Assembly: GCA_039030935.1 (NCBI GenBank)
Contig: JBCCDF010000001.1
Coordinates: 1-48,183, forward strand
DNA from: Pseudomonadota bacterium
GTDB taxonomy: Bacteria > Pseudomonadota > Alphaproteobacteria > Caulobacterales > Hyphomonadaceae
DNA: 48,183 bases
Direction of reading: 5' to 3'
In this document: positions 18,349 to 27,036 of the stretch, in pieces
Layout: the number at the start of each line of letters is the position of its first letter
Position numbering within the stretch: the stretch's first letter is position 1
Position numbers and translations under genes: made by a program
Notes under the pieces: generated by a model
The model's database searches: none
What the model saw: the letters and a program-made list of their open reading frames with translations, nothing else
What the model was told of the DNA's origin: nothing

Positions 18349-19667
18349 GTGACGCAGTAGAGGTCAATTTCGACGGCCTGATTGGCCCCAGTCACAATTA
18401 TGGCGGCATGTCGGATGGTAATCTAGCCAGTCAGGCGAATTTTGGAGATGTTTCAAACCCGCGCGAAGCCGCCATACAGGGGCTGGAAAAGATGCGGCTC
18501 TTGGTCAAAGCAGGTTTTGTGCAAGGAGTGCTGCCACCGCTGCGACGTCCGGCAATAGGATTCCTATCCCAATCTGGCTTCGATGGATCTGAAGCAGAGA
18601 TAATTCCTCTTACCGCAAAGGTGGAACCGCGCCTTTTAAAGGCCGCGTATTCTGCGAGTTCGATGTGGACCGCAAATGCTGCAACTGTTTCGCCTTCAGC
18701 TGACACAGAGGATAGGCGATTGCGCTTCAGCGTCGCTAATCTATCCTCGATGGTGCACCGCTCTTTAGAGCACCCTGACACGACAGCCACGATTGCGAGC
18801 TTATTTGAAGATGACACCAAATTTGGTGTCTATGCAGCGCTCCCAATGCACGCCGACTTCTCCGATGAAGGCGCCGCAAACCATGTCCGGCTGTGCCGTG
18901 AGCATGGCGCGCAGGGCGTCGAGCTATTTGTCTATGGCCGCGAGGCCGGTGAGAGTGTCGGTGGGTTCCCGGCGCGTCAGACCAAGCTCGCGAGTGAGAG
19001 CATTGCGCGCAGACATGGCTTGAAACCCGAGCGAACCGTTTTCGCTCGGCAATCGGCCAAAGCGATCAATGCCGGTGCGTTCCATAATGATGTCGTCTGC
19101 GTCGGCACGCTCGATACGCTTTTCTTCCATGAGTACGCGTTTGAGGACACCAACGGCACGCTCGCAGCACTGCGCAAAGCGGGGGAAGGGTTGTTCGATC
19201 TTAAGCCTGTCATGGTCCCAGATGCAGAGGTACCGCTTGCTGATGCGATCAAATCCTACCTCTTCAACTCACAGCTTTTACAGTGGCCTGGCGAAGATCG
19301 CTTGGTCCTGCTTGCGCCGACGGAAACCCAAGAGACCAAATCAACCCGTGAATATTGCGAACGCCTTGTTCAGGGCAATGGCCCGATTGGGCGCGTCCAA
19401 TATGTCGATGTGCGTCAAAGCATGAAGAATGGAGGCGGTCCGGCCTGCCTTCGCTTCCGAGTTGTTATGACCGAGCAAGAGCGCACAGAAATGCATCAGG
19501 GTGTGCTACTCGATGAGGCTAAAATTGATGCGTTGCAGACAGTCGTCAGGGCCACTTATCGCGATCAGTTAGCTGTCTCAGATTTAGCTGATCCGGCCTT
19601 TGCCGATGAGTGCTTTCATGCTCGAGGTGAGCTCCTGAAAGTGCTTGATTTAGAAAAATTAATCTAA
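18345..19667 (+). CDS. astB: N-succinylarginine dihydrolase
   Basis: EVNFDGLIGPSHNYG, SASSMWTANAATVSPS.DT, DEGAANH, FHNDV, SYLFNSQ and SMKNGGGPACLR motifs. Start at the ATGA overlap (18345). Confidence 0.96.
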   Translation: MSDAVEVNFDGLIGPSHNYGGMSDGNLASQANFGDVSNPREAAIQGLEKMRLLVKAGFVQGVLPPLRRPAIGFLSQSGFDGSEAEIIPLTAKVEPRLLKAAYSASSMWTANAATVSPSADTEDRRLRFSVANLSSMVHRSLEHPDTTATIASLFEDDTKFGVYAALPMHADFSDEGAANHVRLCREHGAQGVELFVYGREAGESVGGFPARQTKLASESIARRHGLKPERTVFARQSAKAINAGAFHNDVVCVGTLDTLFFHEYAFEDTNGTLAALRKAGEGLFDLKPVMVPDAEVPLADAIKSYLFNSQLLQWPGEDRLVLLAPTETQETKSTREYCERLVQGNGPIGRVQYVDVRQSMKNGGGPACLRFRVVMTEQERTEMHQGVLLDEAKIDALQTVVRATYRDQLAVSDLADPAFADECFHARGELLKVLDLEKLI

Positions 19668-20803
19668 TGGCACGGTTTCCTTTTGAGGTTCATGCCAGTG
19701 ACGGTTCTGCGCGTGCGGGAACACTAACGACGCCGCGCGGCGTCATTCGAACTCCGGCTTTTATGCCCGTCGGTACAGCTGCAACGGTCAAAGCCCTCTA
19801 CATGGATCAGGTGAAAGAGGCCGGGGCCGATATCATTCTCGGCAACACATATCACTTGATGTTGCGCCCGGGTGCGGAGCGGGTGAGGATACTTGGCGGC
19901 CTTCATTCCTTTGCAAAATGGGATGGACCTATCCTAACTGATAGCGGCGGATTTCAGGTCTGGAGCTTGAGCCAGTTACGCAGAATGGATGAGGATGGCG
20001 TCACGTTCCGAAGCCACCTTGATGGCTCCGAACATCGCCTTGATCCAGCCCGCAGCATAGAGATTCAGGCTGATCTCCTCGGCGCGGATATTTCGATGCA
20101 ACTCGATGAGTGCACTGACTACCCGTGCAGTCATGAAGAGGCCGAGCGATCCATGAACCTCTCTCTGCGTTGGGGAGAGCGCTCTCTTGAAGCTTTCGGG
20201 GCTCGACCTGACCAGAGCCTCTTTGGCATCGTCCAAGGGTCGAACTATCCAGATTTGCGGGAAGCTTCAGCGAAAGCTGTTGTGGAACAAGGGTTTGGCG
20301 GCATTGCTTTAGGCGGGCTCGCTGTCGGAGAGGGGCACGATCAAATGTGCCGCACGATTGATATGACGGTGCCGCATCTTCCCAACGAGTACCCACGTTA
20401 TGTCATGGGGGTGGGCAAACCCATTGATCTGGTAGAAGCGGTTGCGCGCGGGATTGATATGTTTGATTGCGTTTTGCCCACGCGCAGCGGACGTCACGGC
20501 CAAGCCTGGACATGGGATGGCCCGATCAACCTTCGAAACGCAAAATTCGCAGAAGACTTGTCACCTGTAGATGAGCGGATTGCTTGTGAAGCCAGTCGCG
20601 ATTTCTCACGCGCCTATTTGCACCATTTGATCCGATCGGGTGAGTATCTCGGCTCCATGGTACTGAGCTGGCACAACACAGCGTTCTTCCAAGCCCTCAT
20701 GGCAGAGATACGGTCAGCGATCAAAGAGCAGCGGTTTGAAGCCTTTCGAGCCGACATGTTCGCTCGCTGGCAACATACGCGGTCAAACCCGAAAGACGCC
20801 TAA
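19667..20803 (+). CDS. tgt: Queuine tRNA-ribosyltransferase (tRNA-guanine transglycosylase)
   Basis: TPAFMPVGT, NTYHL, TDSGGFQV, DEC, FGIVQG, GGLAVGE, PRYVMGVG and DMFDCVLPTR motifs. Confidence 0.97.
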   Translation: MARFPFEVHASDGSARAGTLTTPRGVIRTPAFMPVGTAATVKALYMDQVKEAGADIILGNTYHLMLRPGAERVRILGGLHSFAKWDGPILTDSGGFQVWSLSQLRRMDEDGVTFRSHLDGSEHRLDPARSIEIQADLLGADISMQLDECTDYPCSHEEAERSMNLSLRWGERSLEAFGARPDQSLFGIVQGSNYPDLREASAKAVVEQGFGGIALGGLAVGEGHDQMCRTIDMTVPHLPNEYPRYVMGVGKPIDLVEAVARGIDMFDCVLPTRSGRHGQAWTWDGPINLRNAKFAEDLSPVDERIACEASRDFSRAYLHHLIRSGEYLGSMVLSWHNTAFFQALMAEIRSAIKEQRFEAFRADMFARWQHTRSNPKDA

Positions 20804-22452
20804 ACCTTAAAGCCCCAGTCACGCATAAGAATGTCCGCGAGATCTTTCGAGCGTTGGCGGACATCATCAGGGGTCCAGCTGGTTCGTCCGCGTAGGTCTT
20901 CGGTCAGCGGGAAAACCGTTTGGCCGTCTGCGAAGTATTGCTCGCATTTTTCTCGGAACGACAACGTATCGACAGACTGGTTCAGACGCTCCGACAGTAG
21001 AACAAAATTGCCAACCGTCTCACACAAGTCGCGCCTCACATTGATGTTCAACCATGTCATATCCCAGTATGAGCCTTTCTCGGGATTCCTTGGGAGGACA
21101 TGTTCAAGCGTCGCGCCATGGTCAGGTGTCAGAGGATAACCTCCTTCCACTGCTGCGTTGAGGCGCAATGCAATCGCTTTGCGCTGACGCGGTGCTCCAA
21201 TTCGGTTCTGAAGGCGTTCTCGCAATTGCGACACTTCAAATCGATCAATTTTAAGCCGCTCACTGCGATCAAATATGCCCCTTTGAGCACCAATAGAGTC
21301 AAGCAAGCGCTGGTAACGTTTTTGCCGCGCCCGCGTATCCGTCACGACGAGCATCATCACGAAAGCAAAGCGCTCCAGCTTCGCGAAGAAATCGCGCACC
21401 CGGTCGACTTTTGTGCTATTATGGCGAAGGTATTTCAAGGCCACTGGGCGCCATACTTTGTGATCAATCAAGCGCAAATAGTTGATGTGCGCGGTGATAT
21501 GCCCGCCTGGATCATCAAAGGTCGACTTGCCAGAGCTAATCATTGTGTAGGCGCGGAAGTAGGCCGGTAACTCCTCCTTCAAAAAGTTCTCGGCCGTCAT
21601 TTTAGACAACACACCTGAGCGAAATCCTTCAGGACCTTTGCCGCTCTTGGCGTAGATATTTGTGATCAGCAACAGAAGGTCGTTCATGTTGGCGTCGCCG
21701 ATTTCTGCTTCGAATTCCGACCAGCGGGCTGAAAGCGCATTGATTTCAGGTTGCGGTAAATCCGCCAATTCGAGAAGATTTGACTTGATGATCTCATGGT
21801 CTGAAGGGCCTTTACCGCGTGTGTTCAGGACCCGAAACACATTGTAGCCATCGCTCCAGTCGCTCACTGTCACCCGAACCAGTATGACAAGTTTGCCAAG
21901 TGCATTCGCAAAGGCTGTGCGTGCGGCGTCCGTCATCTCTGAGAAGCGCTCACGATAGACAGCGAGGTTCTCTTCCATACGGATCTGGCTCTCATTTTCT
22001 GGCGGCAAGATATCTGCGAGGTCGGTCGCGCCCGGTCGTTGAATACGGTCACAGAAGAAGGATCGGTTCAGATCATTCAATGTCAGGCGCCAAAAGGTTT
22101 TGTCGTCTGCGTTCGCGTCGTCCGGATCATCGCTGATCATTACGCTCAGATTCGATTTTACCTGTTGGTCTACCTCAAGATCCCGCAGCGCGGCGATCAT
22201 GATGGAGAGCGTGGTCAACCGCTGTTGCCCGTCTACGATCAGGCAACGTCCTTCACCCAACTCAACAAGCACAACCGCGCCAACAAAGTGCGGACGCCCT
22301 TTATCCATCGCTAGGAGGAGGTCATCAAGAAGCAATCCGGCTTCTTCAGCTTCCCATGAATAACTTCTTTGATAGGGGGGAAGGCTTAGAAAACAGCTCG
22401 GTTTGAGGAGTTCATCAAGATAAACTTCCTTTGCTGTCAGATAATCAGTCAT
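20800..22452 (-). CDS. DUF262 + DUF1524 (ParB-like NTPase + HNH) protein, GmrSD/SspE-like
   Basis: N-terminal PPYQRSYSW, IVDGQQRLTT and F..LNTRG (DUF262); C-terminal TLEHVLP and GNFVLL...LN (DUF1524 HNH-like). Confidence 0.88.
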   Translation of the reverse strand: MTDYLTAKEVYLDELLKPSCFLSLPPYQRSYSWEAEEAGLLLDDLLLAMDKGRPHFVGAVVLVELGEGRCLIVDGQQRLTTLSIMIAALRDLEVDQQVKSNLSVMISDDPDDANADDKTFWRLTLNDLNRSFFCDRIQRPGATDLADILPPENESQIRMEENLAVYRERFSEMTDAARTAFANALGKLVILVRVTVSDWSDGYNVFRVLNTRGKGPSDHEIIKSNLLELADLPQPEINALSARWSEFEAEIGDANMNDLLLLITNIYAKSGKGPEGFRSGVLSKMTAENFLKEELPAYFRAYTMISSGKSTFDDPGGHITAHINYLRLIDHKVWRPVALKYLRHNSTKVDRVRDFFAKLERFAFVMMLVVTDTRARQKRYQRLLDSIGAQRGIFDRSERLKIDRFEVSQLRERLQNRIGAPRQRKAIALRLNAAVEGGYPLTPDHGATLEHVLPRNPEKGSYWDMTWLNINVRRDLCETVGNFVLLSERLNQSVDTLSFREKCEQYFADGQTVFPLTEDLRGRTSWTPDDVRQRSKDLADILMRDWGFKV

Positions 22453-22572
22453 GCTGACCCACCCTCACGAAAATATAATGTGATCTCCTAGGCGGGCTTG
22501 ACCACAACCGCAATTCAGCGCGCTCTGTCACCCGATCGATTCGTTAATCAGTGTGTTCTGAAAGGTGCAGTT

Positions 22573-23430
22573 ATGGCTTTTGCCACCATCGAGATAGATG
22601 GCGCTATATGCTCAGCAATGATCGAAGGGGATGAGGGATGGATCATCGGGCAGGGCGATCTAACCGCAAGGCTTGGAGAGCTGACCCGATACAAAGACCA
22701 AAAAAATGACTTCAAGCGTGTCAGTCTCGCCGGTATTCGACTTCGACAGCCGATACTCCGGCCTGGAAAAATACTTGGTATTGGCCTGAACTATGCTGCT
22801 CACGCGGCTGAATCGGTCTCTTTCGTATCCAATAAGTCGCCCGGGGTGCAAAAGTGGTTTAACAAACAGGCGACCGCTGCAAATGGTCCCTACGATCCGG
22901 TGCACCTCCCGAAAGTCTCAACGCAACTCGATTATGAGGGCGAATTGGCCTTCATCATTGGGCGGTCTTGTCGACATGTCTCTGAGGATCAAGCGATGGA
23001 GGTTGTCGCCGGTTTTACGTGCGCCTGTGACTATTCAGTTCGCGATTGGCAGAAAGCCAGCCCAACCATGATTATGGGCAAAGGATTTGATACACACGCG
23101 CCCTTTGGGCCGTATCTTGTCCCGCCTGAAGCAATTCCAGAGTGGCGGATTCTGGACATTCGCACCTTCGTCAATGATGAGCTGCGGCAGTCGGCTAGAG
23201 CAGGTGAGATGACGTTTTCGATTGCTCAACAGATTGCGCATCTCAGTGCGGCTTTCACGCTGGAGCCCGGCGACGTCATTTTTACCGGGACTCCCGCTGG
23301 TGTCGGGGCAGGGCAGACGCCGCCTAAATGGTTAAAGGCGGGAGACCGAGTTCGCGTTGAAATTTCAGTGCTTGGCGCCCTTGAAAACACGATTATTAAC
23401 GAACCTGATCATACGGCGAGCATCATATGA
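22573..23430 (+). CDS. Fumarylacetoacetate hydrolase family protein
   Basis: KILGIGLNY..H, DYEGEL, D.SVRDWQ, GKGFDT and LEPGDVIFTGTPAGVG motifs. Start moved to ATG at 22573 (AAAGGT RBS). Confidence 0.92.
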   Translation: MAFATIEIDGAICSAMIEGDEGWIIGQGDLTARLGELTRYKDQKNDFKRVSLAGIRLRQPILRPGKILGIGLNYAAHAAESVSFVSNKSPGVQKWFNKQATAANGPYDPVHLPKVSTQLDYEGELAFIIGRSCRHVSEDQAMEVVAGFTCACDYSVRDWQKASPTMIMGKGFDTHAPFGPYLVPPEAIPEWRILDIRTFVNDELRQSARAGEMTFSIAQQIAHLSAAFTLEPGDVIFTGTPAGVGAGQTPPKWLKAGDRVRVEISVLGALENTIINEPDHTASII

Positions 23431-24101
23431 AGCGAGCTGTAGCCTGCCTTATCCTGCTTGTATCAGCATGTTCTGAGGCTTCACAACGCGCTGAAAAACC
23501 CGATATAAATCCAGCCGACTTCGTCCTGCTGCCCTGCAATGTGCTGAACGAAACGGCGCCGTGCACGCTTGCCATAGTAGGGGGTAAGCGCCTTCTCTTT
23601 GGTGCGCCGGCTGGACTCGGTGCAGCGGTTGCGCCCGAAGATTTACGGCAGCTCGACGGCGTTTTCCTTTTTTCACTGCGCGCAGCTGATATTGAGGGCC
23701 TTGATGAGGTTCGCAATGCAAGTTGGCATGCGGGTCGGGAACGCTCACTCAACGTCACCGGGCCCGACGGCACGCAAAACCTCATTGCGGGGCTTAATCT
23801 GGCATTTGAAACCGCGGACGCGCTTAGAGTGGTCGATCACGGAATACCAAAAGGGGGGTTTGACGCAGCTATTTTAACCATGATGCCAACAAGTGATGGT
23901 GAAGACCGTATCGTGTTCAATACCGGTGATGTGGTCATCAGCGCGATGCCTCGTGCAGATCAAGCGATTAAGTATACGGTCATCTATCAAGGCGCTACGC
24001 CCATCGACATTCAGCCCTGTCTAGAAGACGATTGTCGTCTTGCGGAAACCCTTCAATGGCCACTGAAAAAACCAGAATTTATCGTTCGAGCAAGCCCCTA
24101 A
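23427..24101 (+). CDS. Lipoprotein with a degenerate metallo-beta-lactamase (RNase Z/AtsA-like) N-terminal fold
   Basis: Lipobox LVSA-C. LDGVFLFSLRAADIEGL...W..GR...LNVTGPDG aligns by eye to the MBL pattern IDAVFLTHxHxDH..GL...L.VYGP.G but has no His ligands. Confidence 0.6.
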   Translation: MKRAVACLILLVSACSEASQRAEKPDINPADFVLLPCNVLNETAPCTLAIVGGKRLLFGAPAGLGAAVAPEDLRQLDGVFLFSLRAADIEGLDEVRNASWHAGRERSLNVTGPDGTQNLIAGLNLAFETADALRVVDHGIPKGGFDAAILTMMPTSDGEDRIVFNTGDVVISAMPRADQAIKYTVIYQGATPIDIQPCLEDDCRLAETLQWPLKKPEFIVRASP

Positions 24102-24203
24102 AAGAACGACGGGGTCCCACCATAACGGTAGGACCCCTGTCTCCCCCGAGACGCCCCCGTCCGGCAAAATAGATTGCCGCGGACTGGTCAGACGTCCAGC
24201 TCA
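24100..24203 (-). ncRNA. Candidate small RNA (~100 nt)
   Basis: Minus-strand TTGACA (24238-24233), 17-nt spacer, TACGAA; several hairpins; terminator stem with a G-U pair and GTTCTTTT tail that fit only the minus strand. No minus-strand CDS lies here. Confidence 0.55.
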
Positions 24204-24432
24204 AGAACATTCGTATGATTACAAGCGTGTACTGTCAAATTCTGATCCGCGATTTTCGTAATGCGCCGTTACCGTGTGACTTTGCTGACACATTGTCTAC
24301 GCCCTGGAGGCGCATATCAGCAGCAAACATGGGTTGATGCTTGGCAAGATCAGCAAATCGCCTTCCTGCTACGTCTTCGTTAAGATTTGAGGCTTATCCG
24401 TTAAGGTTAAGATATTTCAGGGCTGAGAGACA

Positions 24433-25665
24433 ATGTTCGCAGTATTCCTCCTACTCTATGCCACGATTGGCCTCGGCGCTGGTTTTACGCTTTGGTCTCA
24501 GCTGGCTATTGACCCTCTTCTTTCAGCTTGCGTTGGCACAATCACGACCATTTTTCTGCTGCAGGTTCACACGTTGCTAACAAGAAGTGGTGGGGAGCAC
24601 AAAGCGCTCGAAGACCGTGTCGAAGCGGTTGAAACCGCTCAAAAGGACACTGTAGCGCGGACCGACATTCTCGAAGCGCGCGCCGATGCCATCGAAAGCA
24701 CACTCAATCACGAACTGACAGAACGTCGGGATGCTTTGGTAAATGAGATGCGCCAGCTGGAAGGCTTGATCGGCAAGCTGACGCGCAACTTTGATACAAG
24801 ACTTAGTCGCGCTGGTAGCGAGAATACCGTTGACCCTAAGGAAGATGCGGTTCTGCGCGAGGTGAAAACTGCGCTTTATGAAAACCGCGTCGACCTGCAT
24901 TTACAGCCAATTGTATCCTTACCCCAACGTAGAGTATCATTCTATGAAGGGCTAACGCGTCTTCGCCGTGAAGATGGCTCGCTGATCATGCCAGCTGAGT
25001 TTCTCGACGCTGCCCGCCGTGCAGACCTCATGGGCGTCATTGATAACTTAATGCTGTATCGGTCTGTCGAGATTGTTCGTCGCCTCACCAAGCGCGATCG
25101 CCGTGTTGGCTTCTTCTGCAATGTTTCCGCCAGTTCATTGAGCGATAAGCAGTTTTTCCCGGTCTTTCTGGAACATATGCGTGAAAATCGCGATCTCGCA
25201 GGGGCTCTCATCTTTGAGCTGCAACAGAAGCGGTTTCTACAAGCATCAAATGAGATGCGGGCTGCCATGCGGGAGCTATCAATGCTCGGCTTTAGGTTCT
25301 CCCTCGATCATGCAGAGAGCATTGATCTCGACCTGCCAAAATTACAAGAGGCCGGCATTCGTTTTGTAAAAATCAAAGGAGACGACCTTATCAGTCAGCT
25401 CTCAGACTCGGATGGACCTCGCCCGAAATCGCAAATCAACCGTCCTCTGAATGGCAAAGAGATTTCGACCGTTTTTTCTCGCTATGGCGTGACGCTGATC
25501 GCAGAGAAACTCGAGAACGAGGTCAGCGTCATCGAGGTTTTGGAATACGAAATTCGCTATGGGCAAGGCCATATCTTCGGTGCAGCCCGGCCAATCAAGA
25601 CATCTCTCATGGAAGAAACGGCCCCACCACCAGCGCTTGTGCGCAGGCTCACCGCTGGACGTTAG
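24433..25665 (+). CDS. tipF: Membrane-anchored degenerate EAL-domain protein, TipF-like c-di-GMP receptor
   Basis: Two N-terminal TM helices, a coiled coil, then an EAL domain (LQPIV, YEGLTRL, NVS, GQG) with the DDFGTG loop replaced by SLDHA. Architecture matches Caulobacter TipF. Confidence 0.7.
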   Translation: MFAVFLLLYATIGLGAGFTLWSQLAIDPLLSACVGTITTIFLLQVHTLLTRSGGEHKALEDRVEAVETAQKDTVARTDILEARADAIESTLNHELTERRDALVNEMRQLEGLIGKLTRNFDTRLSRAGSENTVDPKEDAVLREVKTALYENRVDLHLQPIVSLPQRRVSFYEGLTRLRREDGSLIMPAEFLDAARRADLMGVIDNLMLYRSVEIVRRLTKRDRRVGFFCNVSASSLSDKQFFPVFLEHMRENRDLAGALIFELQQKRFLQASNEMRAAMRELSMLGFRFSLDHAESIDLDLPKLQEAGIRFVKIKGDDLISQLSDSDGPRPKSQINRPLNGKEISTVFSRYGVTLIAEKLENEVSVIEVLEYEIRYGQGHIFGAARPIKTSLMEETAPPPALVRRLTAGR

Positions 25666-25690
25666 GCCTGTAGCGCCTTAGCTGGCCTTT

Positions 25691-26542
25691 ATGATACAAT
25701 TTCCAGATGGACTTTCTGCACTTTCAGAACGCTACGAGGTCGTTCTATGCGATGTTTGGGGCGTCATTCACAATGGTCGCCGCGCTTTTGATGCGGCCTG
25801 CGACGCCCTAGTTAGATTTCGTACAGAGGGCGGCAAAGTTTGCCTGATTACAAACGCGCCCGTTCCGAAAGCGCAAGTGATCCGCTATTTTGAACCTCTG
25901 GGTGTGCCTTCTGAAGCTTTCGATGACTGCGTCTCTTCCGGCGATGCGACACGTGAGGTTTTGCGTGAGCAAAATGAAAAGACATTCTGGCGATTAGGCG
26001 GCGATGAGGGATGGGAGCATGATCGCTATCTCTATGAAGGTCTCGACCTGGTGTTTGCCTCGGAAGAGGATGCTGACATGATCCTCGGCATCGGCCTTGA
26101 GGATCAACAAAATGATGAGCCTGAGCAGTATCGAGAGCGCTTAAGCGCCGCAGCTCATCGTGGTATGACGATGATCTGTGCCAACCCGGATAAGCAGGTC
26201 CGTGTTGGAGATCACCTATATTGGTGCGCCGGTGCTTTGGCTGAAATCTTCGAACAGGAAGGCGGTGAGGTTCTCTATCCCGGAAAACCTCACGCTCCGA
26301 TCTATAATCTGGCTTTAAAGACGCTTGGGGTCAATCGGTCCGCCGTCGACCCTAAAACCGTCCTTTGCATCGGTGATAGTCCGACAACAGATATTCGCGG
26401 CGCAGTTCACCAAGGCTTTGATAGTCTATATGTCGGAACGGGTCTGAAACAGCATGGCGCAGACTTTGAGACAGAAGTCCGTGCTTTGCTTGCGGATAAC
26501 GATACGATGGCACAGTGGGCAATGCCGCAGCTTGAATGGTGA
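25691..26542 (+). CDS. HAD superfamily IIA hydrolase (TIGR01459-like)
   Basis: CDVWGVIHNG, TNAP, ICANPD, GKPH.PIY and IGDS..TDI.GA motifs. Confidence 0.92.
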   Translation: MIQFPDGLSALSERYEVVLCDVWGVIHNGRRAFDAACDALVRFRTEGGKVCLITNAPVPKAQVIRYFEPLGVPSEAFDDCVSSGDATREVLREQNEKTFWRLGGDEGWEHDRYLYEGLDLVFASEEDADMILGIGLEDQQNDEPEQYRERLSAAAHRGMTMICANPDKQVRVGDHLYWCAGALAEIFEQEGGEVLYPGKPHAPIYNLALKTLGVNRSAVDPKTVLCIGDSPTTDIRGAVHQGFDSLYVGTGLKQHGADFETEVRALLADNDTMAQWAMPQLEW

Positions 26543-26598
26543 CGTTAGCTGAAACACATTGTAACAGGCCGTGAAGTTCTAGAGGGAGTCTGTCAGCA

Positions 26599-27030
26599 AT
26601 GGCGATAAAAGACGGTTTTAAGTTTGAGGATTTGTCCGTGGGTATGAGCCACGAGACGTTCCACACAATTACTGAAAAAGATATTGAACTGTTTGCTGAG
26701 GTCTCAGGGGACCGCAATCCTCTTCATATGGATGAAGACTATGCGCGCCAAACCCCCTTTGGACAACGCATTGCCCACGGCGCGCTAACGGCAAGCTATA
26801 TCTCCGGAATTCTAGGCAATAACCTCCCGGGTCCCGGTGCGGTCTTTGTCGGCCTGAACATGCGCTTTCGCCGCCCTGTCTTTATCGGCTCGGAGGTGAC
26901 CGTTCGTGTCGAGGTGACCGAACTGCAAGAGCGCGGCAATAAGGTGACCTTGAAAGTGTCCTGCATCGTCGATGGAAAAGCCGCGATTTCAGGCGATGCG
27001 CTCGTCATGGTTCCGCGTCGCGAGAGCTAG
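26599..27030 (+). CDS. MaoC family (R)-specific enoyl-CoA hydratase, PhaJ-like
   Basis: FA..SGD.NPLH.D..YA...FG.RIAHG and LPGPG motifs. Confidence 0.92.
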   Translation: MAIKDGFKFEDLSVGMSHETFHTITEKDIELFAEVSGDRNPLHMDEDYARQTPFGQRIAHGALTASYISGILGNNLPGPGAVFVGLNMRFRRPVFIGSEVTVRVEVTELQERGNKVTLKVSCIVDGKAAISGDALVMVPRRES

Positions 27031-27036
27031 GATTAG

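Noticed and set aside
19667-22452. Dpd (7-deazaguanine DNA modification) system formed by tgt plus the DUF262 gene
   Set aside because: The Tgt has canonical tRNA-modifying motifs (DSGGFQ, CVLPTR) rather than DpdA features, and no dpdB, dpdC or other dpd genes are present.
24380-24410. Full CtrA box upstream of the TipF-like gene
   Set aside because: Three TTAA half-sites (24380, 24401, 24407), but none has the TTAA-N7-TTAA spacing.
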